A stretch of DNA of 64,000 nucleotides from Myxococcota bacterium (GTDB taxonomy: Bacteria; Myxococcota_A; Polyangia; Nannocystales; Nannocystaceae), in NCBI GenBank assembly GCA_039028615.1, contig JBCCHT010000007.1, positions 96,001-160,000 of the forward strand, read 5' to 3'. How positions within the stretch are numbered: position 1 is the stretch's first letter; each line of letters opens with the position of its first letter. The notes beneath the pieces were generated by a model. It searched no databases, was not told the DNA's origin, and saw only the letters and a program-made list of their open reading frames with translations. Made by a program: the position numbers and the translations under genes. Positions 48,373-57,935 of the stretch are shown here, piece by piece.

Positions 48373-49809
48373 TTAGAACGGATTACAGAAGCCGCCGCTG
48401 CACAGGCCCTCGCAGCAATCGGAGCTGCTGCTGCAGGGCCCGGTGAACGAGCAGTTGTCACAGCCCGAGGTGTCGAAGTCGCAGCTGGCGTTGCAGGTCA
48501 GGATGCCGAAACCGAGCCCCTGGCTGATGCAGGTCTCTCCGCCGAGATTCCCTCCGTCGCAATCCTCTCCGGGGTCGATGTTGCCATCGCCACACCCGAA
48601 GCAACCGCTCGTGTCGAGCGCACAGCTGGCGGTGCAGCTCAGGAAGCCGCCGCCGAAGCCCTGGTTGACGCACGTCGCCCCGCCGAGGTTGCCCCCGTCG
48701 CACTGCTCCCCGGGATCGACGCTGCCGTCGCCACACTCGAAGCAGCCGCTGGTGTCGATGGCACAGCCGGCAGTGCAGCTCAGCGCCCCGCCGTCGAAGC
48801 CCTGGTTGGCGCACGTGGCCCCGCCGAAGCTGCCACCGTCGCACTGTTCGCCAGGATTGACGCTGCCGTCGCCACACTCGTAGCAGCCGTTGGTGTCGAA
48901 GGCACAGCCCGCGGTGCAGCCCAGCGACCCGCCGTCGAATCCCTGGCCGACACAGTTCGCGCCGCCCAGGGCCGCGCCGTCGCACTGCTCCCCGGGGTCG
49001 ATGCTCCCGTCGCCGCACTCGAAGCAGCCGCTGGTGTCGAAGGCACATGTGCCGTTGCAAGCCAGGGTGCCGCCGTCGAAGCCCAGGCCGAGGCAGTTGG
49101 CCGCGCCCACGTTCTCGCCATCGCACTGCTCGCCCGGGTCGATGCTCCCGTCGCCGCAGCTGAAGCAGCCGCTGGTGTCGAAGCTCGTGCAGCTGTCCGC
49201 GCAGGCGAGCGTGCCTCCGTCGAAGCCCTGGGACATGCAGGTCTCCCCGCCGAGGTCGGTGCCGTCGCAGACGTCCGCGCCGTCGATCCCGTCGCCGTTG
49301 CAGGTGGGGGACTCGCACTGCGATGCGTCGAAGTTGCACTCGGCGTCGCAGCTCAGCGTGCCGCCCACGAAGGGCGTATTGGCCGACTCGCCGAAGGACA
49401 CGCAGTCCTCACCCGCCAGGTCGGTGCCGTCGCAGTCCTCTCCGCCTTCGATGACGCCGTCGCCACACCCGTCCACCGAAGTGGTGGAGCCCATGTCGTC
49501 GGTGTCCGTCTCCATCCCGGCCGTGGTCGGATCGGCGGTAGTCGTCGAGTCGACCCCGGCACTCCCCGAGCTGTCGACGGGAGGTGTCGGCGTTCCGGTG
49601 CTCGACGAATCCACGACGGGGGTGGCCGCCGTCGTCGTGGTCGGATCCGTGTCCTCCGTGGTCTCGCCACCGAGGCTCGGGTTGAAGCATCCGGCTGCGA
49701 GCAATCCGACCGGAAGCAGGAGCAACGGCGCGAATCCGCACCGCGAGAGGAGACGCCGCCCGCTGCGATTGGCCACGTCGTTTCTGGGGGATCGCTCGCG
49801 CACACTCAT
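48373..49809 (-). CDS. Cys-rich tandem-repeat lipoprotein (myxobacterial disulfide-repeat type)
   Basis: LAAGC lipobox, Thr-rich linker, 7 CGDG-x-(I/V)DPGEQCDG...FDTSGC repeats. Confidence 0.88.
   Translation of the reverse strand: MSVRERSPRNDVANRSGRRLLSRCGFAPLLLLPVGLLAAGCFNPSLGGETTEDTDPTTTTAATPVVDSSSTGTPTPPVDSSGSAGVDSTTTADPTTAGMETDTDDMGSTTSVDGCGDGVIEGGEDCDGTDLAGEDCVSFGESANTPFVGGTLSCDAECNFDASQCESPTCNGDGIDGADVCDGTDLGGETCMSQGFDGGTLACADSCTSFDTSGCFSCGDGSIDPGEQCDGENVGAANCLGLGFDGGTLACNGTCAFDTSGCFECGDGSIDPGEQCDGAALGGANCVGQGFDGGSLGCTAGCAFDTNGCYECGDGSVNPGEQCDGGSFGGATCANQGFDGGALSCTAGCAIDTSGCFECGDGSVDPGEQCDGGNLGGATCVNQGFGGGFLSCTASCALDTSGCFGCGDGNIDPGEDCDGGNLGGETCISQGLGFGILTCNASCDFDTSGCDNCSFTGPCSSSSDCCEGLCSGGFCNPF
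48450..49470 (-). repeat. 141-bp (47-aa) coding tandem repeat, 7 units
   Basis: e.g. GATGCTCCCGTCGCCGCA recurs at 49000 and 49141; the first two units are more divergent. Confidence 0.85.
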
Positions 49810-50035
49810 GGGAAGCGTCGAGGGTAGCCGGTCCTGCGCAGGGCGCTAGGGCGAGGGCCGAGACCCAACTCAATTGTCGACCGCCCCGGCGACCACGCGT
49901 CGTCGCACACCCGCTCGCGTGCGACCGTTTGGACCTCGTTTGCGCCGCAGCTGGCGCGACGTCGGTGCGGACCAGGAGCAATCGCGGACAACGACCGAGC
50001 GTTCGAGACCAACCGAGGGCAGATGGGCTCGTCGC

Positions 50036-51880
50036 TCAGCTCGCCGGGGGGACGATGCTGGGCTGGCTCAGTTCGTCGTCCTCGTACTCGTCCTCGTCGC
50101 CCGCGTCGAATGCCCCGGCCGCAGTAGGAGCCGTAAACCAGAACACCGAACCTCGCGGGCGATTGGCATCCACGCCGACCTGCCCGTCCATCGCCTCGAT
50201 GAGGTGCTTGACGATCGCGAGCCCCAGCCCGGTGCCGCCCTGCTGCCGCGCTCGCCCCGAGTCCACCCGATAGAAGCGCTCGAAGACCCGCCGATGGTGT
50301 CGAAGATCGATGCCCGGGCCATCGTCGCGGACCTCGATCTTGAGCCGCGCCGGAGTGCCATCGTCCAGCCTCTCGAGCACGACCGCGTCCACAACCACCC
50401 GGCCGCCTTTTTGCGTGTACTTGATGGCGTTGGAGATCAGGTTGACCAGCACCTGCTCGAGCGCCTCGTCGTCACTGGCCACCCAGTGCTCGCCCTCCAG
50501 GGCGTTCTTCACCACCATCTCGCGATCCTCGGCCTGGGAGGCCAGCGCGACGATGGTGCGATCGACCATCTCCACCAGATCGATGGGCCCGATCTCCAGG
50601 TCGTAGCGCCCCGCCTCGATCCGCGAGATGTCGAGCAGGTCCGCCACCAGTCGCCCCATGCGGTCGGCGTGACGCGCCAGGGCATTGAGGAACACGGTCG
50701 CCCGCTCGGGGTCGTTGATCGCGCCCGCCAAGAGCGTCTCCGCGTTGGCCTGGATCACCGCCACGGGCGTGCGCAGCTCGTGCGAGACGTTGGCGACGAA
50801 GTCCTTGCGAATCGTCTCGAGCCGACGCAGCTCGGTCACGTCCCGCATCACCACCACGGTGCCCTTGCCCTGCCGCGAGATGGTCGCCTGAGCGAAGAGC
50901 CGACGTCGTGGCCGAACGCCGTAGTCGAACTCGATCGTGGCCGGTGCACCCGGCTCGACGCGATCGAGCAGCTCCTGCAGCGCGGGGACCCGGACGTAGT
51001 CCAGCAGCGAACGACCGATCACCGCGTCCGGCAGAGACAGCAGCTCGCGCGCCGCTCGGTTGACCGTGTCCAGCCGTCGCTGCGCGTCGAGTCCGAGCAC
51101 CGCCTGCCCCATGGTCTCGAGCACAGCCTCGAATCGCTCGCGCTCCGCTCCCAGCAGCCGCACCGTTCGGCGTAGGTCGTAGGCGATGCTGTTGACGGAG
51201 GCCGGCTCGTCATCGTCGTCGGTCGCCTCCGGTACCGCGCCCGCCTCGTGCTGGGCCGTCTCGACCAGGCGTCGAAGGCTGCGGGAGAAGAGCCGGGAGG
51301 CCAGCGCCGCCAGCAACACCGCCCCGGCAATCGCGACCAGGCCCGCCAGCAACAAGATGATTCGGAGCTCGCGGACCGCTTCGTCGATCTGCGACAGCGG
51401 CAGGCTCGCTCTCACCACCCGGTGACTGCGGTCGTTGACCCGCAGCGCGACGTAGAGCATGTCGGCCCCGACCGTCACGCTCCGACGCTGCGCCGTCCCG
51501 ATGTTCCCCAGGCGGGCCGCCACGACCTCGGCCCGGGTGCTGTGATCCTCGGCCTCCTTCAGCGCATGCAGCCCCACCTGCGAATCGGCCACCAGCGCTC
51601 CCTGGGGGCCGATGACCGAGATCCGAGCCTCCATGGCCGTACCGAGCCGGTCGGCCACGGGATCGAGCACCGCTCGAACCTCCTCCGGCTCGGTCTGGTC
51701 CTCGGCCATGCCATCGATCGTCTCGCCCATCGCCCGCGCGTGGCGGGTCAGCTCGGCGACGAAGCGCTCGTGCAGCTCGCTGCGGAGCTGCACCTCGAGG
51801 AACAGGCCGACACCGAGGCCGACCACCATGATCACCGCCAGCGATGACAACAACAGGCGGCGTCGAAAGCCGAAGTTCAC
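50036..51880 (-). CDS. phoR: phosphate-regulon-type sensor histidine kinase
   Basis: Two TMs with periplasmic sensor, PAS, RKDFVANVSHELRTP H-box, NAIKYT, DDGPG, FERFYRVD, GGTGLGLAIVKH. Confidence 0.88.
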   Translation of the reverse strand: MNFGFRRRLLLSSLAVIMVVGLGVGLFLEVQLRSELHERFVAELTRHARAMGETIDGMAEDQTEPEEVRAVLDPVADRLGTAMEARISVIGPQGALVADSQVGLHALKEAEDHSTRAEVVAARLGNIGTAQRRSVTVGADMLYVALRVNDRSHRVVRASLPLSQIDEAVRELRIILLLAGLVAIAGAVLLAALASRLFSRSLRRLVETAQHEAGAVPEATDDDDEPASVNSIAYDLRRTVRLLGAERERFEAVLETMGQAVLGLDAQRRLDTVNRAARELLSLPDAVIGRSLLDYVRVPALQELLDRVEPGAPATIEFDYGVRPRRRLFAQATISRQGKGTVVVMRDVTELRRLETIRKDFVANVSHELRTPVAVIQANAETLLAGAINDPERATVFLNALARHADRMGRLVADLLDISRIEAGRYDLEIGPIDLVEMVDRTIVALASQAEDREMVVKNALEGEHWVASDDEALEQVLVNLISNAIKYTQKGGRVVVDAVVLERLDDGTPARLKIEVRDDGPGIDLRHHRRVFERFYRVDSGRARQQGGTGLGLAIVKHLIEAMDGQVGVDANRPRGSVFWFTAPTAAGAFDAGDEDEYEDDELSQPSIVPPAS

Positions 51881-52587
51881 GGTTCGCTCGTCTTGCCCGG
51901 TTCCGAGCGAAAGCGATAGCCGACCCCTCGCAGGGTCTCGATATACGCGCTGGCCGTCCCCAGCTTCTTGCGCAGCCGTCGGACGTGGGTATCCACCGTC
52001 CGCGTGGTCACGTCACCGCTCATCTCCCAGACGTGGCTGAGCAGAATCTCGCGGGTCTGCACCCGACCCCGGCGATGCATCAAGGTCTTGAGCAGGCGGA
52101 ACTCCAGCGCGGTGAGGACGACCTCCTCGCCCTCGACCCAGACGCGGTGCCCCTCGAGATCGAGTCGCAGCGCCTCGAAGGACATGCCCTCGGGCTCGGG
52201 TGCGGCACCGACCTCGGTGCGGCGCAGGATCGCCCGGATGCGGAGCACGAGCTCGCGCACGCTGAAGGGCTTGGTCACGTAGTCGTCCGCGCCGACCTCG
52301 AAGCCCACCACGCGATCGATGGGGTCGGTCTTGGCGGTCAACATCAGGACCGGGACCCGGCGCGTTTGTGCGCCCTGGCGAAGCTGACGACAGACCTCGG
52401 TGCCGGGGATGTCCGGCAGCATCAAGTCGAGCACGACCAGGTCGGGCACCTGCGCCCCGCGGCTGTATTCGAGGGCCGCGCTGCCCGTGCCCACGACCGC
52501 GGTACGGAACCCCTCTTGCTCGAGATTGAAGGAGATCGTCTGGGCGAGGTCGGCCTCGTCTTCGACGATGAGGATTTGCTCGGACAT
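51877..52587 (-). CDS. phoB: OmpR/PhoB-family response regulator
   Basis: ILIVEDE, LDLMLP, GADDYVTKPFS, TRTVDTHVRRLRKKL, IETLRGVGY; overlaps phoR start. Confidence 0.88.
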   Translation of the reverse strand: MSEQILIVEDEADLAQTISFNLEQEGFRTAVVGTGSAALEYSRGAQVPDLVVLDLMLPDIPGTEVCRQLRQGAQTRRVPVLMLTAKTDPIDRVVGFEVGADDYVTKPFSVRELVLRIRAILRRTEVGAAPEPEGMSFEALRLDLEGHRVWVEGEEVVLTALEFRLLKTLMHRRGRVQTREILLSHVWEMSGDVTTRTVDTHVRRLRKKLGTASAYIETLRGVGYRFRSEPGKTSEP

Positions 52588-52628
52588 CGAGGCTCCGCGT
52601 CCGACTTACCACAGCGGGCGCGCATGAT

Positions 52629-52665
52629 GTCACGGGCACGTGACGGCGAGGTAAAGGGCAGTCAC
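52629..52665 (-). promoter_or_regulatory. putative pho box (11-bp spaced direct repeats)
   Basis: On the - strand TTTAC, GTCAC, GTGAC at exact 11-nt spacing, plus one GTGAC 10 nt further upstream, about 40-80 nt before phoB. Confidence 0.5.
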
Positions 52666-52697
52666 GCGGCCAATTTGCGCAATCGCGCGGATTCCGC

Positions 52698-54851
52698 CTA
52701 TTGCTCGCACATGCTCTTGAGGTTGAGCCCGTTGAACGCGGTGGCGGGCGCAGCTCCGAGTGCAACGAACTCGATGCCGCAACGGCGATGGACGGGCTTG
52801 CCCGTCTCGGCGTCGAGCACCACGGCGCCCGTGCTCGCCGCGACCGCGACGAAGCGATCGTCGGGAGACCACACCAGCTCGTTATGGAAGACGCCGGTCG
52901 AGAAGCTCCAGCGCTCCTCGAGGCTCGTGCTGTCGTGGGCCGACAGCGACGTGCTCTGGCCCCGCTGGTGGATGGCCAGGAAGGCCTTGCCCGAAGGCGA
53001 AGGCACGATCCCGCTGATGTCGCCCGAGGCCGCGACCTTGGTCTTGACCTCGCCGTCCGCGTCGACGAACAGCTCCATCGTCGAGCCGTTCCAGCGCACG
53101 CCGTAGTGTCGCCCGTCGCGATCGATGGCCAGCGGCGCCACCTTGCCCGGCAAGATCGCGTCGCCCTTGGCCATGACGTCGGTCTGGCTGGGATCGCCCC
53201 GCAGCTCCTCGAGCCCGTAGTGGCGCAGCTTGTTGGCGCTGTCGAGGGTCCACATGATCGCCTCGGGATGCCGCTTGGTGCCCTCGGCCAGCAACCCCGA
53301 GCGGAACGCCTGGTCGGCCACGATGTAGGGGCCGGCGAAGCCCTCGGTGCTGACCTCGAACAGCCGCGCGTCGTTGTTGTGGCGCTCGATGAGCATCACC
53401 CCGAGGCTCGGCTCGAAGTGCAGCGCCCGGATGCCGCCCTGGATCCCGGCCGCATCCACGTGGGTCCCGTCGCGCCAGCGGTGCAGCAAGATGCCGCCCA
53501 TGTTGCTGATGCTGACCAGGTGCTCCTCGTCGAGGAAGCGAACCTTGAGCGTGCCCACGCCCGGCTCGCTGTTGATCTCGAAACGCTCGCCCTCGTTGTC
53601 GCCGAGCCCCTCCACGAAGATCGGGCCGCTCATGTAGGCCCACGCGACCCACTGCCCCTTTGGGGAGATGCCCACCGACTGGGTCTGGAAGTCGCGATAC
53701 CCGAGGTAGCGATGCGAGCGGTCGTCGACGTCGTGCACGTACAGCCAGCTACCGTGGGCGGCGGCCTGGATGCCCGCGCCCACCGCCTGCGCTCGCCCCT
53801 GGGTGACGAAGTCCTGCGGCGCCGAGGCCCGCGGGTGGTTCGAGCCGTCGTCGAGGTCGACGAGCCACGACAGGCTGCCCTCGGCGGTGCTCACCAACAG
53901 GTGGTCGTTGGAGACGAAGCCGAGGTTGGGGACCACGTGGGCGGGCACGCGAACGGTGACCTTCTTGGCCTCGACCTTCTCGGCCAAGTCGATCACCGCC
54001 AGCTCCCACTCGTTGTTCGTGGGCCGGTCGACCACCACGAAACGGGTGGCATCGGGAGAAAGCACGGCGGTGGTCTCGGTGGCCACCTGCGAGGGGGTGG
54101 CCGGTCGTGCCGCTCCGTGCAGTCGCAGGCGGGGCCCTTCGCCCCCGTCGTCCTCCACGACGCGCATGGACTGGACCTCGAACTCATTGCCGTTGCCCCG
54201 GGTCAGGGCCACGAAGCGCTTGCCGTCGGCGCCCAGACGCAGCGAGGTGGGGCGGAAGCGGCTCTCCTCGAAGCGGAACAGCTCCTGCGCCGTGCGGTCG
54301 ACGAGGCGAATGCTGTGGTCTCGGAACAGCGCCAGGGCCCGCTCGCCTCCGGGCAGGACATAGATGCCGAACAGGGGCTGGAAGGGGGCCAGCGCGCCGA
54401 GCTCGGCCACCTCGCCCTGCTCGTCCACGTCGAAGATCTTGGCGCCACCGGCCGAGTCGACCACGGCCACGGTGAAGCCGTCGCCGCGCGGCTGCACGGA
54501 GAACTGCTGCGGCCCCTGCACGGGAATGGGCAGCGGCTCCCGGCTACCATCGAGGGCGGGCCATAGCCTCGTGCCGCCGATCTGGTCGCGGCTCAGCGCC
54601 GCCGCGCCATCGCTGGAGATGGCGACCATGTCGATGTTGGAGGTGTGGGCCACCCCCGGCCGCGAGTACGGGACTCCGCTCGCGGGACCCTGGCCGTCGT
54701 TGGGACCGGCCGTGCCCTCCGAGGGCTTGTCCGTCCCCTCGCGGGGGGTATGGCATGCGCCCAGGTTCGAGACGGCGACGAGCGCCAGCGCTCCCGCCAT
54801 GAACGAAGCAACGCGCCCGACGAGGGCGCGTGCGAAGTGGTCACCGGACAT
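52698..54851 (-). CDS. beta-propeller (WD40-like) lipoprotein
   Basis: LGAC lipobox; repeats VAISSDG, VLSPDATRF, VGISPKGQWVAW, LVWSPDDRFVAV. Confidence 0.8.
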   Translation of the reverse strand: MSGDHFARALVGRVASFMAGALALVAVSNLGACHTPREGTDKPSEGTAGPNDGQGPASGVPYSRPGVAHTSNIDMVAISSDGAAALSRDQIGGTRLWPALDGSREPLPIPVQGPQQFSVQPRGDGFTVAVVDSAGGAKIFDVDEQGEVAELGALAPFQPLFGIYVLPGGERALALFRDHSIRLVDRTAQELFRFEESRFRPTSLRLGADGKRFVALTRGNGNEFEVQSMRVVEDDGGEGPRLRLHGAARPATPSQVATETTAVLSPDATRFVVVDRPTNNEWELAVIDLAEKVEAKKVTVRVPAHVVPNLGFVSNDHLLVSTAEGSLSWLVDLDDGSNHPRASAPQDFVTQGRAQAVGAGIQAAAHGSWLYVHDVDDRSHRYLGYRDFQTQSVGISPKGQWVAWAYMSGPIFVEGLGDNEGERFEINSEPGVGTLKVRFLDEEHLVSISNMGGILLHRWRDGTHVDAAGIQGGIRALHFEPSLGVMLIERHNNDARLFEVSTEGFAGPYIVADQAFRSGLLAEGTKRHPEAIMWTLDSANKLRHYGLEELRGDPSQTDVMAKGDAILPGKVAPLAIDRDGRHYGVRWNGSTMELFVDADGEVKTKVAASGDISGIVPSPSGKAFLAIHQRGQSTSLSAHDSTSLEERWSFSTGVFHNELVWSPDDRFVAVAASTGAVVLDAETGKPVHRRCGIEFVALGAAPATAFNGLNLKSMCEQ

Positions 54852-54861
54852 CGACCCTTCT

Positions 54862-56877
54862 TTACAAGGTCTCGAGGTATTGCACCAGGTCGTCGATCTG
54901 CGGGTCGGTCAGCGTCGCGATCTGTCCCATGCCGTGGATGCTGGCGTTGCCGCGAAGCAGGGCCTCGAGCGTGCGAGCACTTCCGTCGTGGTAGTAGGGC
55001 GCGCTGGTGGCCAACCCGACGAGCGACGGAGTGTCGACATCGCTGAGGTTGGTGTCGAGATCGTACTGCTGCTGGTCGGTGAAGAGCGGACCGTAGTGGC
55101 ACGACGCGCACCCGGTGACATCGCTCTCGAACAGCTCCTTGCCGCGTGCGACGGCCATGGGGTCTTCGACGGAGGGAGCCCGGGGCGGCTCGACACTCTC
55201 GAGGAAGGCCGCGAGTTCATCGGCCTGGGTGACATTGATGCCGAAGCCGCCGAGTCGCTGGACGGTGTTGGTCAAGCTGGAGCGGATGTCGGGATCCTTG
55301 CCGTCCCACTTGAAGGGATGCGCCCCCGCGATGCGACCGCCGAGCAGCGGAGTCTGGAGGTTGCTGCCCTGCAGGCGCCAGGAGAGACCATCGGCCCGGG
55401 TCTCGGCGTGGCAGCTGGCGCAGGCCATGGCCCCGAAGGTGGAGATCTCTTGGGCGTTGCCGCGGCGGAACAGCTCGCGACCACGCTGGGCCTCCGCGGA
55501 CAGGCGGCTGTCGGCCAGCTCGCCGGAGTGGGATACGAGCACGGGCGCCGCGTTGGTGGCCGGGTCGCCCGCCAGGCGAACGACGCGACGGGTGAGCGAG
55601 CAGTACACGAGTACCTGCCCGTTGCTGGGGTCGACGGCGAGGCCGTCGGGGCCGCATGCACCGTGGGTGTCCGCGACCTTGTGCTGCCAGCTGGCGTGGA
55701 CCGAGGCCTGCGAGACATCGGCCACGGCGAGCACGTTGTCGGAGCCGAAGCCCGCGACGTAGAGGGTGTCGCTGTTGCCGTCGTAGGCCAGCGCCCGGGG
55801 CTGGTGCAGGTTGGTCGCCGCCATCGCGGTGCGGACGGAGCCGCTGTCGCCCGCCTCGGGCGTGGCGAAGAACGCGAGCCGGTGGTTGATGGGCGAGGTG
55901 AAGCCGTTGCCGCCACCGTAGCCGGAGGCCTCGGACTCGAAGTCGCCGCTGGCCAGGTGAGGCGTGCTCAGCTGGTGCGGCACGACGGCGATGTTGTGGC
56001 CGACGTAGGCCACGCCGAACGCGTTGCGGGCGAAGCTCTTGCCCTCGTCGCTCATCGGGTCGAGGGCGCTGGGCGTGCCGCCGGAGCCGTTGCCGAACGA
56101 GTTGTGCAGGCCCACCTGCGGGCTGGCGGTGCGGGTGCCGGGGTCGAGCGTCATGAACGACATGCGCGGCGTCGACGTGCTGAGGTCGACCCGGGCCACG
56201 GCCCCGGTGGTGAGGAAGGTGACCATGGCCTCGTGCCCCTGCGGGGAGATGGCCACGCCGCGCGGCTCGGGGCCGAGCTCGAGGTTCCACTCGGGCATGC
56301 CCGTGCCCACGTTGAACGCGGTGAGAGTGCGGTCGGCGACGGTGGTGACGAGCAGCGTGCGACCGTCGGGGGACAGCGCGAGACCGAAGGGCTCGGCCTT
56401 GGTGGAGAACGCGTCGACCTGGGTGAGCTCGCCCTTGGCCAGGCTCACCACCACGATGCGATCGCCCGTGCGGTCGGTGACGAAGAGCCGCTCGTTCGCA
56501 TCGTCGACCACCAGCTGAGCCGCGCCCGGGCCGACGGCGAGCTCGGTGACCTTGTTGCCCTGCGCGTCGGTGCGGACGAGCATGCCGCTGTCGGGGTCGA
56601 TGACCACCGCGCCGCTGCGATAGACGGCGATGGTGCTGCCGTGCAGCGACGCGGGCACCGCGTTCGATGCCGGAGCCTGGCCCTCACCGACGGGCGAGTC
56701 GGCCAGGGTGAAGGGCCCCGGGTCGACTTGGCCGCCCATGAAGCGCCCGTCGAACTCCTGAAAGACCTCGACCTCCCGCTGCTGAACGATCGACTTGCTA
56801 CGAGCCTCGGCGATTCCCCAGGCCGAAGTGGCGATGAGGCAGCTCAGGGCGGTGACGGTCAGATGGGCTCGGGGCAT
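54862..56877 (-). CDS. secreted YVTN-type beta-propeller fused to di-haem cytochrome c (CCP/MauG-like) domain
   Basis: Signal peptide; EPFGLALSPDG, EPRGVAISPQG blades; two CASCH haem motifs; TPSLVGLATSAPYYHDGS. Confidence 0.88.
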   Translation of the reverse strand: MPRAHLTVTALSCLIATSAWGIAEARSKSIVQQREVEVFQEFDGRFMGGQVDPGPFTLADSPVGEGQAPASNAVPASLHGSTIAVYRSGAVVIDPDSGMLVRTDAQGNKVTELAVGPGAAQLVVDDANERLFVTDRTGDRIVVVSLAKGELTQVDAFSTKAEPFGLALSPDGRTLLVTTVADRTLTAFNVGTGMPEWNLELGPEPRGVAISPQGHEAMVTFLTTGAVARVDLSTSTPRMSFMTLDPGTRTASPQVGLHNSFGNGSGGTPSALDPMSDEGKSFARNAFGVAYVGHNIAVVPHQLSTPHLASGDFESEASGYGGGNGFTSPINHRLAFFATPEAGDSGSVRTAMAATNLHQPRALAYDGNSDTLYVAGFGSDNVLAVADVSQASVHASWQHKVADTHGACGPDGLAVDPSNGQVLVYCSLTRRVVRLAGDPATNAAPVLVSHSGELADSRLSAEAQRGRELFRRGNAQEISTFGAMACASCHAETRADGLSWRLQGSNLQTPLLGGRIAGAHPFKWDGKDPDIRSSLTNTVQRLGGFGINVTQADELAAFLESVEPPRAPSVEDPMAVARGKELFESDVTGCASCHYGPLFTDQQQYDLDTNLSDVDTPSLVGLATSAPYYHDGSARTLEALLRGNASIHGMGQIATLTDPQIDDLVQYLETL

Positions 56878-56887
56878 GGGCGTTCCT

Positions 56888-56916
56888 AATGACGGTTGAA
56901 CGGCGGATTTGTTCCA
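56888..56916 (-). promoter_or_regulatory. putative ECF-sigma promoter
   Basis: - strand GGAAC-N16-CGTCATT, 10 nt before the ATG at 56877. Confidence 0.55.
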
Positions 56917-56960
56917 CGGGCGACGAAGAATCTCGGCAAAGCTTCAAAAATCGTCGTAGG

Positions 56961-57935
56961 TCAGGATTCTCGTGCGTTCATGGCGAGATCCCGGGCATTG
57001 CGCAGGCGTTGGAGCTCAACCTGTGAACGCCCGCCGTGGCGTCTTGCTTGCACCACAAAAAACCGCGCGAGCTCGGCATCGATCCGATGGTCGTCCTTCA
57101 CGTCGCGGCGGCGATATTCGAAGATCGTCTTCTGGGTCCACGGGTCGAAACCGTCGGTGCCCAGGCTTTCGTCCGGCTCGAGGAAGATCGGAGAGGTGGG
57201 CACCACGATACGGACGGGCGAACCCTCCTCCGATTGCACGGTCCACACCGCGACGACGTGATTCCACTGGGGCCAAAACAGCCCGATGTGCCGTACGCCG
57301 AGCTTTCGCGCCACGAATGCGAACAACGCGGAGAGTTCGTCGCACTCGGCCGTCGCGGTGGGCACGGGCGCGTCGTCGTCGGATCCCTCCGCGCGACGCC
57401 ACTGCTTCCAGATCTGATCGGAGTTGGGCTTTTCGTTGGTGATGTCCCAGTGCAGGTGCCAAAACCCGCCATCGCGCGTGGCCTCGAACGCGAGCTTCAC
57501 GCGCACGTAGTCGCGATACAGGGCCTCGGAGTCGGACAGTCCCTTGGCCTCGAGCAGGGCCTCGTAGTCCGCGCGCACCGTGGGTAGCTCGGCCATGTCG
57601 GTGGCGATGGCATCGAGCTGCTCGATGAGCTCCCGGACTCGAACGCGATCCCGGCCCTCGAAGGGCTCGGGCGCCTCGGCGAGTACCTCGGCGGGGGAGA
57701 CCTCAGCCTCGGCCTCGGCTGGAGCCAAAACCTCGGCCTCAACGTCGGAAGCCGCAATTTCGGGCGCTTTGGGGGCATCTGCGGGGGCGAGTGCCGACTC
57801 GGCGGGGGCCGAATCGACCTGCCCGACGGGGCTGGGCTCGGGCTCTTCGACCACCGAAGGGCCCGCCGAAGCACGACAGCCGGCCAGCATCATGCCGACC
57901 ACGAGCGACCCGAGCACGACCTTGTGTCCCCTCAC
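56961..57935 (-). CDS. lipoprotein with transglutaminase-like (papain-fold) motif
   Basis: MLAGC lipobox; AECDELSALFAFVARKLG...NHVVAVW (Cys...His); GTG start inferred. Confidence 0.65.
   Translation of the reverse strand: MRGHKVVLGSLVVGMMLAGCRASAGPSVVEEPEPSPVGQVDSAPAESALAPADAPKAPEIAASDVEAEVLAPAEAEAEVSPAEVLAEAPEPFEGRDRVRVRELIEQLDAIATDMAELPTVRADYEALLEAKGLSDSEALYRDYVRVKLAFEATRDGGFWHLHWDITNEKPNSDQIWKQWRRAEGSDDDAPVPTATAECDELSALFAFVARKLGVRHIGLFWPQWNHVVAVWTVQSEEGSPVRIVVPTSPIFLEPDESLGTDGFDPWTQKTIFEYRRRDVKDDHRIDAELARFFVVQARRHGGRSQVELQRLRNARDLAMNARES

Noticed and set aside
48450..49470. Regularly spaced repeats that could look like a CRISPR array
   Set aside because: The period is 141 bp, in frame, with synonymous variation and no unique spacers; it is a protein repeat, and no cas genes are present.
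54862..56877. Hydrazine synthase / anammox function
   Set aside because: Only the domain architecture is reminiscent; there is no alpha subunit and the context is an aerobic myxobacterium-like genome.
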